From contig JBIJDH010000008.1 in the NCBI GenBank assembly GCA_044344255.1, positions 32,001 to 96,000 of the forward strand: a stretch of 64,000 nt of DNA. Reading direction: 5' to 3'. A model generated the notes under the pieces. The model saw nothing but the letters and a program-made list of their open reading frames with translations, had not been told where the DNA came from and made no database searches. Below, in pieces: positions 43,140-53,182 of the stretch (its first letter is position 1; each line of letters begins with the position of its first letter). The translations under genes were made by a program, and so were the position numbers. Source of the DNA: Myxococcota bacterium. Lineage in GTDB: Bacteria; Myxococcota_A; UBA796; UBA2385.

Positions 43140-44072
43140 ATGATCGAGGTCGAATCACTCAGCCGCTACTACGGGACCCACCGGGCCGTAGACAACGTGA
43201 GCTTCACCATCGGGAAGAACGCCGTGGTGGGCTTCCTCGGGCTGAACGGCGCGGGAAAGACCACCACCCTGAAGGTGATCGCCGGCCTCCTGGCGCCGTC
43301 CTCCGGCTCGGTGCGCATCGACGGCGTGGACATGACCACCGCCGCCGTGAGCTTTCGCCAGCGCATCGGCTTCATGCCGGAGACGCCGCCGCTGTACACC
43401 GAGATGACCGTCTCGGCCTACCTCCGCTACCTGGGCCAGCTCCGCGGGATGCCCAGCGCGGCGGTCGAGGCGAGGCTCCCGAGCGTGCTCGAGCGCTGCC
43501 AGCTCGCTGGGCAGGCCAACCGGGTCATCGACGAGCTGTCCCACGGCTTCCGCAAGCGGGTGGGCATCGCCCAGTCGATCATCCACAAGCCCTCGCTCGT
43601 CATCCTCGATGAGCCGATCAGCGGCCTCGATCCAGTGCAGATCGTCGAGATGCGCAAGGTGATCCGAAGCCTCGGGGACGAGTGCACGGTGCTCGTGAGC
43701 AGCCACATCCTCCCCGAGGTGAGCCAGACCTGTGACCGCATCCTCGTGCTGCGGAAGGGCAAGCTCATCGCCGACGGCACCGAGGAGCAGCTCGCCAACC
43801 GCTTCCACCGCAGCGAGGTCATCAGCGTCGTCGTGCACGGCAGCAAGGCGAAGCTGGAGGCGACGCTCCAGTCGAGCCCCATCGTGTCCAGCTTCACGAT
43901 CACCGGCGGGACGGACGACCGCCCGGCGGCGCGGGTGGAGATGAAGGGTGACCAGCGAGAAGAGCTCGTGCGGCTGCTCCTCGGCGCCGGCTTCGGCCTG
44001 CGTCGCCTCGAGGACGCCAGCGATGAGCTGGAGGATATCTTCATGGACCTGAACCGAGAGGGGGCAGCATGA
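43140..44072 (+). CDS. ABC transporter ATPase, GldA-like
   Basis: GLNGAGKTT, LSHGFRKRVGIAQ, ILDEP, SSHIL. Confidence 0.92.
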   Translation: MIEVESLSRYYGTHRAVDNVSFTIGKNAVVGFLGLNGAGKTTTLKVIAGLLAPSSGSVRIDGVDMTTAAVSFRQRIGFMPETPPLYTEMTVSAYLRYLGQLRGMPSAAVEARLPSVLERCQLAGQANRVIDELSHGFRKRVGIAQSIIHKPSLVILDEPISGLDPVQIVEMRKVIRSLGDECTVLVSSHILPEVSQTCDRILVLRKGKLIADGTEEQLANRFHRSEVISVVVHGSKAKLEATLQSSPIVSSFTITGGTDDRPAARVEMKGDQREELVRLLLGAGFGLRRLEDASDELEDIFMDLNREGAA

Positions 44073-44794
44073 GGTCGATTTTCCTCATCGCACGCCGAGA
44101 AGTATCCACCTACCTCAACTCCTGGTGGGGATGGGCCATCTTGGCCATCGTGCTGCTGATCGACGGGCTACTGTTCAACGCCTGGGCGATGGGCTCGAGC
44201 CCGCGCTACTCCGCCGACGTGCTGCAGAGCTTCTTCGAGATCGCGTCGGGCCCGACGATGGTGGCCGCGATCATGATCGCGATGCCGCTGCTCGCGCAAG
44301 AGCGCCAGCAGGGCACCCTGGTGCTGCTCGAGACAGCGCCCGTAAGTGAAGCCGAAGTCATCGCCGGGAAGTACCTCGGCGCCCTCGCCTTCTTGACCTT
44401 CATCACCGCGCTCACCTTCTACATGCCGGCGCTCGTGCAGGTGAACGGCAAAGTGAGCTGGGCCCAGGTGGGCACGGGCTACCTCGGCCTCTTCGGCCTC
44501 GGCGCATCGGCGCTGGCGATCGGCATGTTCGGCAGCGCCATCGCCAAGAACCAGATCCTCGCCGCGATCGTCGGCGGCGCGCTCTTTGTGCTCTTTGTGA
44601 CCGCTTGGTACCTCGGCAAGGTGAGCTCCCCGCCCTTCGCCGACATCGCGACCTACTCCGCCATCTGGGACCGGCACTACCAGCCCTTCATGCGCGGCCG
44701 CATCAACACGGAGAGCCTCGTGTACTTCGGCTCGATCGTCTTTGCCTTCCTGCTGCTCTCCACGCGGGCGCTCCAGGCGAGGAGGTGGCAATGA
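44069..44794 (+). CDS. ABC-2 permease, GldF-like
   Basis: IARRE..YLNS, ERQQGTLVLL.TAP, GKYLG, NQILAA; about 6 TM segments. Confidence 0.88.
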   Translation: MRSIFLIARREVSTYLNSWWGWAILAIVLLIDGLLFNAWAMGSSPRYSADVLQSFFEIASGPTMVAAIMIAMPLLAQERQQGTLVLLETAPVSEAEVIAGKYLGALAFLTFITALTFYMPALVQVNGKVSWAQVGTGYLGLFGLGASALAIGMFGSAIAKNQILAAIVGGALFVLFVTAWYLGKVSSPPFADIATYSAIWDRHYQPFMRGRINTESLVYFGSIVFAFLLLSTRALQARRWQ

Positions 44795-46821
44795 GGCTCT
44801 CCGGCGTCCTGTACCTCGGGGGGATGTTCTGCTTCCTCCTCGGTGAGCGGATCTTCGGCGGCGAGAACGCGATGCGCTGGGCGCTCGACGGCGTCGGCCT
44901 GCTGCTGCTCGTCTCGGCCCTGGTCTCGCTCGCGCGCGCCGCTGGCGCGGTCTCCGGCGACCAGAAGGCCGCCCACAAGTCCGTGCTCGGCTGGGCGGTG
45001 CTCGGCCTCTCCTCGCTCGGCGTCTATGCCCTCGGCTCTGAGACGGTGGTGACCGCCCTCAAGTTCGCCGAGGCGGAGACCGAGAGCCGCTTCGTCGCGG
45101 CGATCCAGGCGGTCACGGCCATCGTCTGGCTGTCGGGCACCCTGCCCTTCCTGATGAGCGACCGCGTCATCGCCGTCGCCCCCGAGGGGCTGCCCCAGCG
45201 GAAGGTCGGCGAGGCGGCCGCCGCGGCCCTCTCCCTCGCCTTCGCCCTCGCGATGCTCTTCCCCGTCAACTACCTCGGCAACCAGCTCAACAAGCGCTGG
45301 GACTTCGGCTACTTCAAGACGGCCCGGCCCGGCACCTCCACGCAGGGCCTGGTGCAAGACCTCTCCGAGCCGGTCACGATCTACCTCTTCTTCCCGAGCT
45401 CTTCGGACGTCGTGGAGGAGATTCGCACCTACTTCGACGGCCTCTCCGGCGGGAACCTGACGGTCCAGTATGTCGATCACGCGGTCGAGCCCGAGCTCTC
45501 CAAAGACCTCAAGGTCCGAGACAACGGCTACATCGTGCTCGTCAAGGGAGAGGGCGATGACCGGCAGGTCAAGCAGCTCAAGATCGGCGCCGACTTCGAC
45601 TCCGCCAAGAGCAAGCTGAAGAAGCTCGACGAGGACTTCCGCAAGAACCTCCTCGCCCTCTCGAGCGACAAGAAGGTGGCCTACTTCACGGTCGGCCACG
45701 GCGAGCTCGCCTGGACCGGCACCGACCTCGCCCCCGACCGCAAGGTGGCCACCCTCAAGCAGGCCCTTGAGGCCTCCAACTACAAGGTCAAGGAGCTCGG
45801 CCTCGCCCAGGGCCTCGCCAACGAGGTCCCCGATGATGCAGGCGTCGTCTTCATCCTCGGGCCGGTCAACACCTTCCTCCCCGAAGAGCTCGCCTCCCTC
45901 GACCAGTACCGTCGCCGCGGCGGTCGCATGCTGGTCGGCCTCGAGCCCGGCGGCCCCGACATGGCCGGCCTCCTCACCCCGATGGGCATCAGCTACGATC
46001 CCACCGTCTCGCTGGCCAACGACTCGGTCTTCATCCCCCGCACCCAGAAGATCGTGGATCGCCTGAACCTCGTGACGAACAAGTACTCCACCCACGAGTC
46101 GGTCACGAACCTCTCGCGGAACAGCAAGTACCTCGCCACCATCTTCCCGGGCGCCACCGGCCTCGACGAGATCGCCGGCGCGGGCGGCAAGCGCACCGTC
46201 ACCGTGCGCACCCTGCCCGACACCTTCGGCGACCTCAACAACGATCTCAGCTTCGACGCCGCCACCGAGAAGCGGAAGACCTGGACCCTCGCCCTCGCCG
46301 CCACCGGCCCGATCGAGATCCAGGCGGAGGCAGCCCCCGTCGAGCCCAGCCCGGCCGTTGACCCCGCCGCCGCCGACCCCAAGGCCGACGACAAGAAGGC
46401 CGACGACAAGAAGGCCGACGACAAGAAGGCCGACGACAAGAAGGCCGACGACAAGAAGGCCGACGACAAGAAGGCCGACGACAAGAAGGCCGACGACAAG
46501 AAGGAGGAGTCCAAGGCCGCCGAGGAGTACCGCGCCATCGTCGTGGCCGACGCCACCTGGGCGAGCGACCCCATCCTGGTCGCCCAGCTCGACCAGAACG
46601 TGCCCCCCGCCAACGCCCAGTTCTTCGGTGATGCCATGGCCTGGCTCACCGAGGAGGCCGCGATGGGCGGCACCGTGAACAGCGAGGAGGACGTGAAGAT
46701 CCAGCACACCAAGGAAGGCCAGGGCTGGCTCTTCTACGGGACTGCCTTCATCCTGCCCTTCGGGCTCCTGGGCGGGGGCCTCCTCCGCATTCAGTTCCGC
46801 CGTAAGCGGGGTGCCGCATGA
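44791..46821 (+). CDS. GldG-like ABC auxiliary protein with extra N-terminal TM helices
   Basis: KRWDF, YVDH, AYFTVGHGE, VPDDA, GGRMLV, N.QF..DAMAWL, C-terminal TM; ATGA overlap. Confidence 0.82.
   Translation: MRLSGVLYLGGMFCFLLGERIFGGENAMRWALDGVGLLLLVSALVSLARAAGAVSGDQKAAHKSVLGWAVLGLSSLGVYALGSETVVTALKFAEAETESRFVAAIQAVTAIVWLSGTLPFLMSDRVIAVAPEGLPQRKVGEAAAAALSLAFALAMLFPVNYLGNQLNKRWDFGYFKTARPGTSTQGLVQDLSEPVTIYLFFPSSSDVVEEIRTYFDGLSGGNLTVQYVDHAVEPELSKDLKVRDNGYIVLVKGEGDDRQVKQLKIGADFDSAKSKLKKLDEDFRKNLLALSSDKKVAYFTVGHGELAWTGTDLAPDRKVATLKQALEASNYKVKELGLAQGLANEVPDDAGVVFILGPVNTFLPEELASLDQYRRRGGRMLVGLEPGGPDMAGLLTPMGISYDPTVSLANDSVFIPRTQKIVDRLNLVTNKYSTHESVTNLSRNSKYLATIFPGATGLDEIAGAGGKRTVTVRTLPDTFGDLNNDLSFDAATEKRKTWTLALAATGPIEIQAEAAPVEPSPAVDPAAADPKADDKKADDKKADDKKADDKKADDKKADDKKADDKKADDKKEESKAAEEYRAIVVADATWASDPILVAQLDQNVPPANAQFFGDAMAWLTEEAAMGGTVNSEEDVKIQHTKEGQGWLFYGTAFILPFGLLGGGLLRIQFRRKRGAA
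46381..46500 (+). repeat. Coding 15-bp tandem repeat, 8 perfect copies encoding KADDK
   Basis: AAGGCCGACGACAAG x8. Confidence 0.96.
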
Positions 46822-47873
46822 ATTCGTCGATGAAGAGCGTGGTGGTCTACGGTGTGCTGCTGGCCCTCTCGCTCGGCGGCGCCTGGGCGAAGTGGACCGC
46901 CGAGCCCGACAAGGACCTCGGCACCAAGGTGATGCTGCTCGACGGGAAGGTCGACGACATCGAGAAGATCGTCTGGACCGGCGAGAAGGACAAGGCCGAG
47001 ATCGAGCACAAGTCCGACGCCCAGGGCGCCTATCTCTGGGTGGTCTACACCCAGACCAAGGAGAAGGTGAAGCCTCACCCCGACCACGGCCCCACGCCCG
47101 CCGATCCCGCCGCCGCCCCCGAGCCGCCCAAGGCGGAGGAGCCGCCGGAGCTGGTCACGGAGACCCAGGTCTTCAAGGCCGGTGAGAACGGCGACAAGAT
47201 GCTCGAGACCCTGAGCCCCCTGCTGGCGATCCGGAAGCTGTCCGACGTGGACACCGCCAAGCTCGCCAACATCGGCCTCGACGCGCCCAAGGAGTCGATC
47301 GAGATCACCCGCAAAGGCCGCACGCTGAAGCTCGAGCTCGGGGGCGAGTCCTACGGCACGCGCGACCGCTACGCCCGCGACGCGGCGACGGGCGACATCT
47401 ACCTCCTCGACGACGAGACCATCCGCCCCCTCAAGTTCGCCCGCACCCGCCTGCCCGATCGCGGCCTCTTCTCGCTCGGACAGGAAAAGATCGCGAGCGG
47501 GAACATCGAGGATGCGACCGGCAAGAAGGTCGCCTTCGAGCAGAAGAACAAGGATGACAAGGCCAAGGCCACCTGGGTGAAGGCCACCGCCCCCGACGCC
47601 GAGGACGTGCAGCTCAAGACCTGGATCGATCAGGCCTTGAAGTTGAAGAGCACCGCTTACGCCAACCCCGACGAGGCACCGCAGAACCTCGAGCCAAGGT
47701 TCAAGCTGAGCTTCACCGACGAAAAGGGCAAGTCGGAGACCCTCGAGGTCCTCCAGGCCGGCGCTGAGGGCGACTGGTGGGCGAAGGGCGACTACACCCG
47801 CGGCCTCGTCAAGCTGCTGCGCGGCCCCACCAGCCAGCTCTCGCTGGACGTCGGCTCCCTGCTCACGGAGTAG
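46818..47873 (+). CDS. DUF4340-like periplasmic protein
   Basis: N-terminal TM anchor; LANIGLDAP, LELGG...RY, DRGLF; usual position after gldG-like genes. Confidence 0.75.
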   Translation: MNSSMKSVVVYGVLLALSLGGAWAKWTAEPDKDLGTKVMLLDGKVDDIEKIVWTGEKDKAEIEHKSDAQGAYLWVVYTQTKEKVKPHPDHGPTPADPAAAPEPPKAEEPPELVTETQVFKAGENGDKMLETLSPLLAIRKLSDVDTAKLANIGLDAPKESIEITRKGRTLKLELGGESYGTRDRYARDAATGDIYLLDDETIRPLKFARTRLPDRGLFSLGQEKIASGNIEDATGKKVAFEQKNKDDKAKATWVKATAPDAEDVQLKTWIDQALKLKSTAYANPDEAPQNLEPRFKLSFTDEKGKSETLEVLQAGAEGDWWAKGDYTRGLVKLLRGPTSQLSLDVGSLLTE

Positions 47874-47904
47874 GCGGGGCGCCGTGACGAGGTAGGGGAG
47901 GGCC

Positions 47905-49092
<1,188 letters not shown>

Positions 49093-49179
49093 GGCCCGAG
49101 GCCGCGAGGCCCCCGCTCGGCGGCGGTGGCCGGTCGACCGGTGGTCGGCTACGAAGCACGCGAGCATCGGAGTCATCGT

Positions 49180-50121
49180 ATGTCGGGCAACGGGTTGGCA
49201 GCGGTTTCGAAGGCAGCGGGATCGAACACATCCTCGCGAGGCGCCGCCGGGCCCCTCCGCATCGGGATCATCGGCGGGAGCGGCCTCTACGAGATGGAGG
49301 GCCTCCAAGACGTCCGCGAGGAGCGGGTCGAGACCCCCTTCGGCAGCCCGTCTGACGCCTTCATCATCGGTCGGCTGGCCGACGTAGAGGGCGTGGAGCT
49401 CGTCTTCCTCCCCCGTCACGGCCGCGGGCATCGCCTCAACCCCTCCGAGGTCAACTACCGGGCCAACGTCTTCGGTATGAAGCTGCTCGGGGTGAGCTGG
49501 ATCCTCAGCGTGAGCGCCGTGGGCTCCCTGAAGGAGGAGATCGTCCCCGGGCACGTCGTCATCATCGATCAGTTCATCGACCGCACCCACAAGCGCGCCA
49601 GCACCTTCTTCGAAGGGGGCATCGTCGCCCACGTGGCCTTCGGTGACCCGGTCTGCCCCACCCTCCGCACCTTCATCCTCGAGGCCGCCCGCTCCACGGC
49701 CGCGGTCGTGCACGACGGCGGCACCTACGTGTGCATGGAGGGCCCGCAGTTCTCCAGCAAGGCCGAGAGCCTGCTGCACCGCTCCTGGGGCGCCTCGGTC
49801 ATCGGCATGACCAACCTCCCCGAGGCCAAGCTGGCCCGCGAGGCGGAGATCTCCTACGCCACCCTGGCGATGGCCACCGACTACGACTGCTGGCACCCCG
49901 ACCACGATCATGTCACCGTCGATCAGGTGGTGGGCGTGCTCCTCGCGAACGTGGCCCTCGCCAAGTCGATCATCCGGGCGGTTATCCCCAAGATCGCGGC
50001 GCATCCGGGCCCGGCCCCGATGTCGACCGCCTTGGCCAACGCCATCATGACCAACCGCGCGGTCATCCCGGCCGAGCGGGCGTCCGCCCTCGCGCCGCTC
50101 ATCGGCAAGTACCTGGGGTAG
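49180..50121 (+). CDS. mtnP: S-methyl-5'-thioadenosine phosphorylase
   Basis: IGIIGGSGLY, TPFGSPSD, RHGRGH, VNYRAN, EGPQFS, GMTNLPEAKLAREAE, TDYDCW. Confidence 0.93.
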   Translation: MSGNGLAAVSKAAGSNTSSRGAAGPLRIGIIGGSGLYEMEGLQDVREERVETPFGSPSDAFIIGRLADVEGVELVFLPRHGRGHRLNPSEVNYRANVFGMKLLGVSWILSVSAVGSLKEEIVPGHVVIIDQFIDRTHKRASTFFEGGIVAHVAFGDPVCPTLRTFILEAARSTAAVVHDGGTYVCMEGPQFSSKAESLLHRSWGASVIGMTNLPEAKLAREAEISYATLAMATDYDCWHPDHDHVTVDQVVGVLLANVALAKSIIRAVIPKIAAHPGPAPMSTALANAIMTNRAVIPAERASALAPLIGKYLG

Positions 50122-50124
50122 CCC

Positions 50125-50886
50125 ATGCGCGCTGCGCTCCTCACCTCGCTCGTCGCCCTCTCGCTTGGCCTCAGCTCCCTTGGGGTGGGCTGCGTGAGCC
50201 AGAAGCAGCAGGAGCGGGCCGCCGCCCGGGTTGAGCTCGGCTCGGCCCTCCTCGGGGAGGGCAACGCCCCCGGCGCCATCGGGGCCCTCGAGGAGTCCGT
50301 CGACCTCGACCCGCGCAACTGGGAGGCCTGGAACAAGCTGGGCCTCGCGTACGCCGCCCGCGGCGCCCCCGACAAGGCCATGAAGGCCCTGAAGAAGGCG
50401 GCCCGGCTCGCCCCCAAGAACGCGGAGGCGCTCAACAACTACGGATGGCTCCTCATCGCGCGGGGGGAGTACGCCGAGGCCATCCCCGTCCTCGAGAAGG
50501 CCCGCGAGGACTACACCTACCGCAAGCCCTCGATCGTGCTCAGCAACCTCGGCTTCGCCTACCTTCAGGTCGGTAAGATCGATGAGTCGCTGCCGATCCT
50601 CGACGAGGCCGTCATGCGGGCGCCGAACCTCTGCACCGCTCGGTTCAACCGCGGCCTCGCCCTGCACGCCGCCGGCAAGACCGAGAAGGCCCTCCACGAC
50701 TTCGACGGCGCGATCGAGCTCTGCGGCGACCGCCTGCCAGACGCCTGGTTCCACGCCGCCAAGGCGATGCTCGAGATGGAGAATCGGGCCGGCGCCTGCG
50801 AGTACCTCCGCGCCACGGTCGATCGGGTGGAGCGGGGCAGCTCCCTCTCCACGGCCGCCTCGACCCTCGCCGCGAAGGAGTGCTGA
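50125..50886 (+). CDS. TPR lipoprotein, PilF/PilW/Tgl type IV pilus secretin pilotin-like
   Basis: Lipobox LGVG-C; EALNNYG, Y..P....SNLG TPRs; located between rlmN and rodZ. Confidence 0.78.
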   Translation: MRAALLTSLVALSLGLSSLGVGCVSQKQQERAAARVELGSALLGEGNAPGAIGALEESVDLDPRNWEAWNKLGLAYAARGAPDKAMKALKKAARLAPKNAEALNNYGWLLIARGEYAEAIPVLEKAREDYTYRKPSIVLSNLGFAYLQVGKIDESLPILDEAVMRAPNLCTARFNRGLALHAAGKTEKALHDFDGAIELCGDRLPDAWFHAAKAMLEMENRAGACEYLRATVDRVERGSSLSTAASTLAAKEC

Positions 50887-51713
50887 TGCTCGACCTGCGC
50901 CGAGAGCGGGAGCGTCGGGGGATGAGCCTCGAGCAGGCCTCGGGCCGCTCGCGCATCCCCGTGCGCTACCTGATGGCGCTGGAGAACGGCACCGCCGCCC
51001 AGGTCGGGCCGATGCGGGACTGGCGGCAGCGATACGTGACCTTCCTCGGCCTGCGCGAGGCGGAGGCCATCCCCACCGAAGACCGGCGAGGCCCCGAGGT
51101 CGCCCCCGCCGCGGAGCCCGAGGAGGAGCCGAGCGCCGACCCCGAGCACACCTCGACCACCGCCACCATCCCTCGCCACGAGGAGCTGCCGGTCGGTCGC
51201 CTGCTGATGTCGGGCTTCGTGCTCACGTTGCTGGCGCTGCTCTGCCTCAAGCTGGGGGCCCTCATCCTCGACATGAGCGCCGAGAACGAGGTGACCCAGG
51301 CGGTCGCTGAAGCGGCGGCCCCCCGGGACGCGCCGGCGACCGCTGCCGCGTTGGTGTCCACGGAGGTGGCGGCGCCGAGCACAGGCCCGGTCGCTGCGGT
51401 CCCCGTCACCGAGGCACCCGTCACCGAGGTCCCCGTCACCGAGGTCAAGGCGGCCCTCGCCAAGGGCTTCCAGCAGATCCGGGTCCGCGCCGTCGAGCCC
51501 ACGCGGGTCCAGATCAAGGCCGGCGAAGTGATCAAGCACAGGGGCCTGCTGGAGGCAGGAGAGGCGGTAGACGTCGAGTCCGAAGAGACCGTCATCCTCG
51601 AGATCGCTGACCTCACCCAGGTTGTGGTGCACCAGAACGGGGCGCGCATCGAGCCCCTGCACAACCTCTCCAAGGGTCGCCGCCTCGTCTTCCTCGCCGA
51701 CGGCCAGGACTGA
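50886..51713 (+). CDS. rodZ: RodZ-like protein (HTH, TM, DUF4115-like domain)
   Basis: LRRERERRGMSLEQ...RIP.RYL.ALE HTH, central TM, C-terminal beta domain; synteny. Confidence 0.72.
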   Translation: MLDLRRERERRGMSLEQASGRSRIPVRYLMALENGTAAQVGPMRDWRQRYVTFLGLREAEAIPTEDRRGPEVAPAAEPEEEPSADPEHTSTTATIPRHEELPVGRLLMSGFVLTLLALLCLKLGALILDMSAENEVTQAVAEAAAPRDAPATAAALVSTEVAAPSTGPVAAVPVTEAPVTEVPVTEVKAALAKGFQQIRVRAVEPTRVQIKAGEVIKHRGLLEAGEAVDVESEETVILEIADLTQVVVHQNGARIEPLHNLSKGRRLVFLADGQD

Positions 51714-51720
51714 GGCCGCC

Positions 51721-53064
51721 GTGGGAGACACCCGCGTAGAGGTGATCCGGCGCCTCGCGCGGCGGGGAGCAGGCTCGGCGCTCCACCGCGCCCTCGAGAA
51801 GGCGAAGGCCGTCGATATCGCGAGCGCCATCGGCCACCTCGCCCCCGCCGAGCAGCGCCTCGTCCTCTCCCACATCAGCACCGACGAGCTCGCCGCCGAG
51901 GTGCTGGTGCGCGTGGAGCCCGACGAGCTCCGCAACCTCGCCCGCGACCTCGCCTTCGAGCGGCTGGTCAAGCTGCTCAACGCGATGGACGCCGACGACG
52001 AGGCCGACGTCATCGACCGGCTCCCCGACGATCTCCGCGCCCGCGTGCTCGGCGCGATCACCCCCGAGGACAAGGTCCTCGTCGAGGACATCCTCGCCTG
52101 GCCGGAAGACTCCGCGGGCGGCATCATGCAGCCCCTCGCCTTCCGCCTCGGCGAGGGCCTGTCCTGCCGCGAGGCCATCTCGGCCCTCCACGAGCAGGAG
52201 GAGGAGCTCGAGCACCTCTACTACATCTACGTCGAAAACGAGAACAAGCAGCTCGTCGGCGTCACCTCGCTGCGGGGCCTGCTCACCCACTCCCCCTCGG
52301 TCCTCCTCCGCGACATCATGACCACCGACATCATCACGGTGGTGCCCGAAGAGGATCAGGAGGAGGTGGCCCGCCTCGTGAGCCGCTACGACCTCCTCGC
52401 CGTGCCGGTGGTCGACAACAACCGCCACCTGCTCGGCATCGTGACCATCGACGACGTGGTCGACGTCATCAAGGAGGAGGCGATCGAGGACATGATGCTG
52501 ATGGCCGGCGTGAGCGACACGCCGCCGCCGCAGCAATCGCCCTGGGACGCCGCCAAGGCCCGCGTGCGATGGCTCATCATCACGCTCGTCACCGGCATGG
52601 TCATCTCAGAGGTCATCCACTTTTACAGCTCCGCCCTGGAGCGCAACATCGTGCTCGCCGGCTTCATGCCGGTCGTGATGGGCATGGGCGGCAACGTCGG
52701 CACCCAGGCGGCCACCATCACGGTGCGGAACCTCGCCCTCGGCCGGGTCTCTGTCGAGGAGGGCGTGCCGCGGCTGCTCTGGCGCGAGGGCCGCGTGGGC
52801 CTGCTGATGGGCCTCTTCTTCGGGGTGTTGCTCGCCATCTATGTCGGCGCCCGCCACCAAGACCTCAACCTCACCGCGGGAATCGGCAGCTCGATCGCCA
52901 TCTCGCTGGTCAACGCCGCCATCATGGGCACCCTCATCCCGCTCACGCTGCAGCGCCTCGGGGTCGATCCCGCCGTCGCGACCGGCCCTTTCGTGAGCAC
53001 CTCGATCGACCTCGTGACGGTGCTCGTCTACTTCAACGTGACGACCCTCATCTTCGGGCTGTAG
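51721..53064 (+). CDS. mgtE: Magnesium transporter MgtE
   Basis: EDSAGGIM, CBS pair (YDLLAVPVVD, GIVTIDD), GMGGNVGTQ, DPAVATGPFVST.ID; GTG start. Confidence 0.95.
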   Translation: MGDTRVEVIRRLARRGAGSALHRALEKAKAVDIASAIGHLAPAEQRLVLSHISTDELAAEVLVRVEPDELRNLARDLAFERLVKLLNAMDADDEADVIDRLPDDLRARVLGAITPEDKVLVEDILAWPEDSAGGIMQPLAFRLGEGLSCREAISALHEQEEELEHLYYIYVENENKQLVGVTSLRGLLTHSPSVLLRDIMTTDIITVVPEEDQEEVARLVSRYDLLAVPVVDNNRHLLGIVTIDDVVDVIKEEAIEDMMLMAGVSDTPPPQQSPWDAAKARVRWLIITLVTGMVISEVIHFYSSALERNIVLAGFMPVVMGMGGNVGTQAATITVRNLALGRVSVEEGVPRLLWREGRVGLLMGLFFGVLLAIYVGARHQDLNLTAGIGSSIAISLVNAAIMGTLIPLTLQRLGVDPAVATGPFVSTSIDLVTVLVYFNVTTLIFGL

Positions 53065-53065
53065 G

Positions 53066-53101
53066 CTCTCCCCGGAGCCTCTCCCCGGAGCCACTCCCCG
53101 G
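53066..53101. repeat. 13-bp tandem repeat CTCTCCCCGGAGC (about 2.8 copies)
   Basis: Copies at 53066, 53079, 53092. Confidence 0.85.
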
Positions 53102-53182
53102 TCGCCTCGCTTGACCTCAGGGCCCCCCAAGGTATTGATGAGCGGCAAGGACCGGTCCAGCAGCTCCCGTCGCGAGGAAAGC

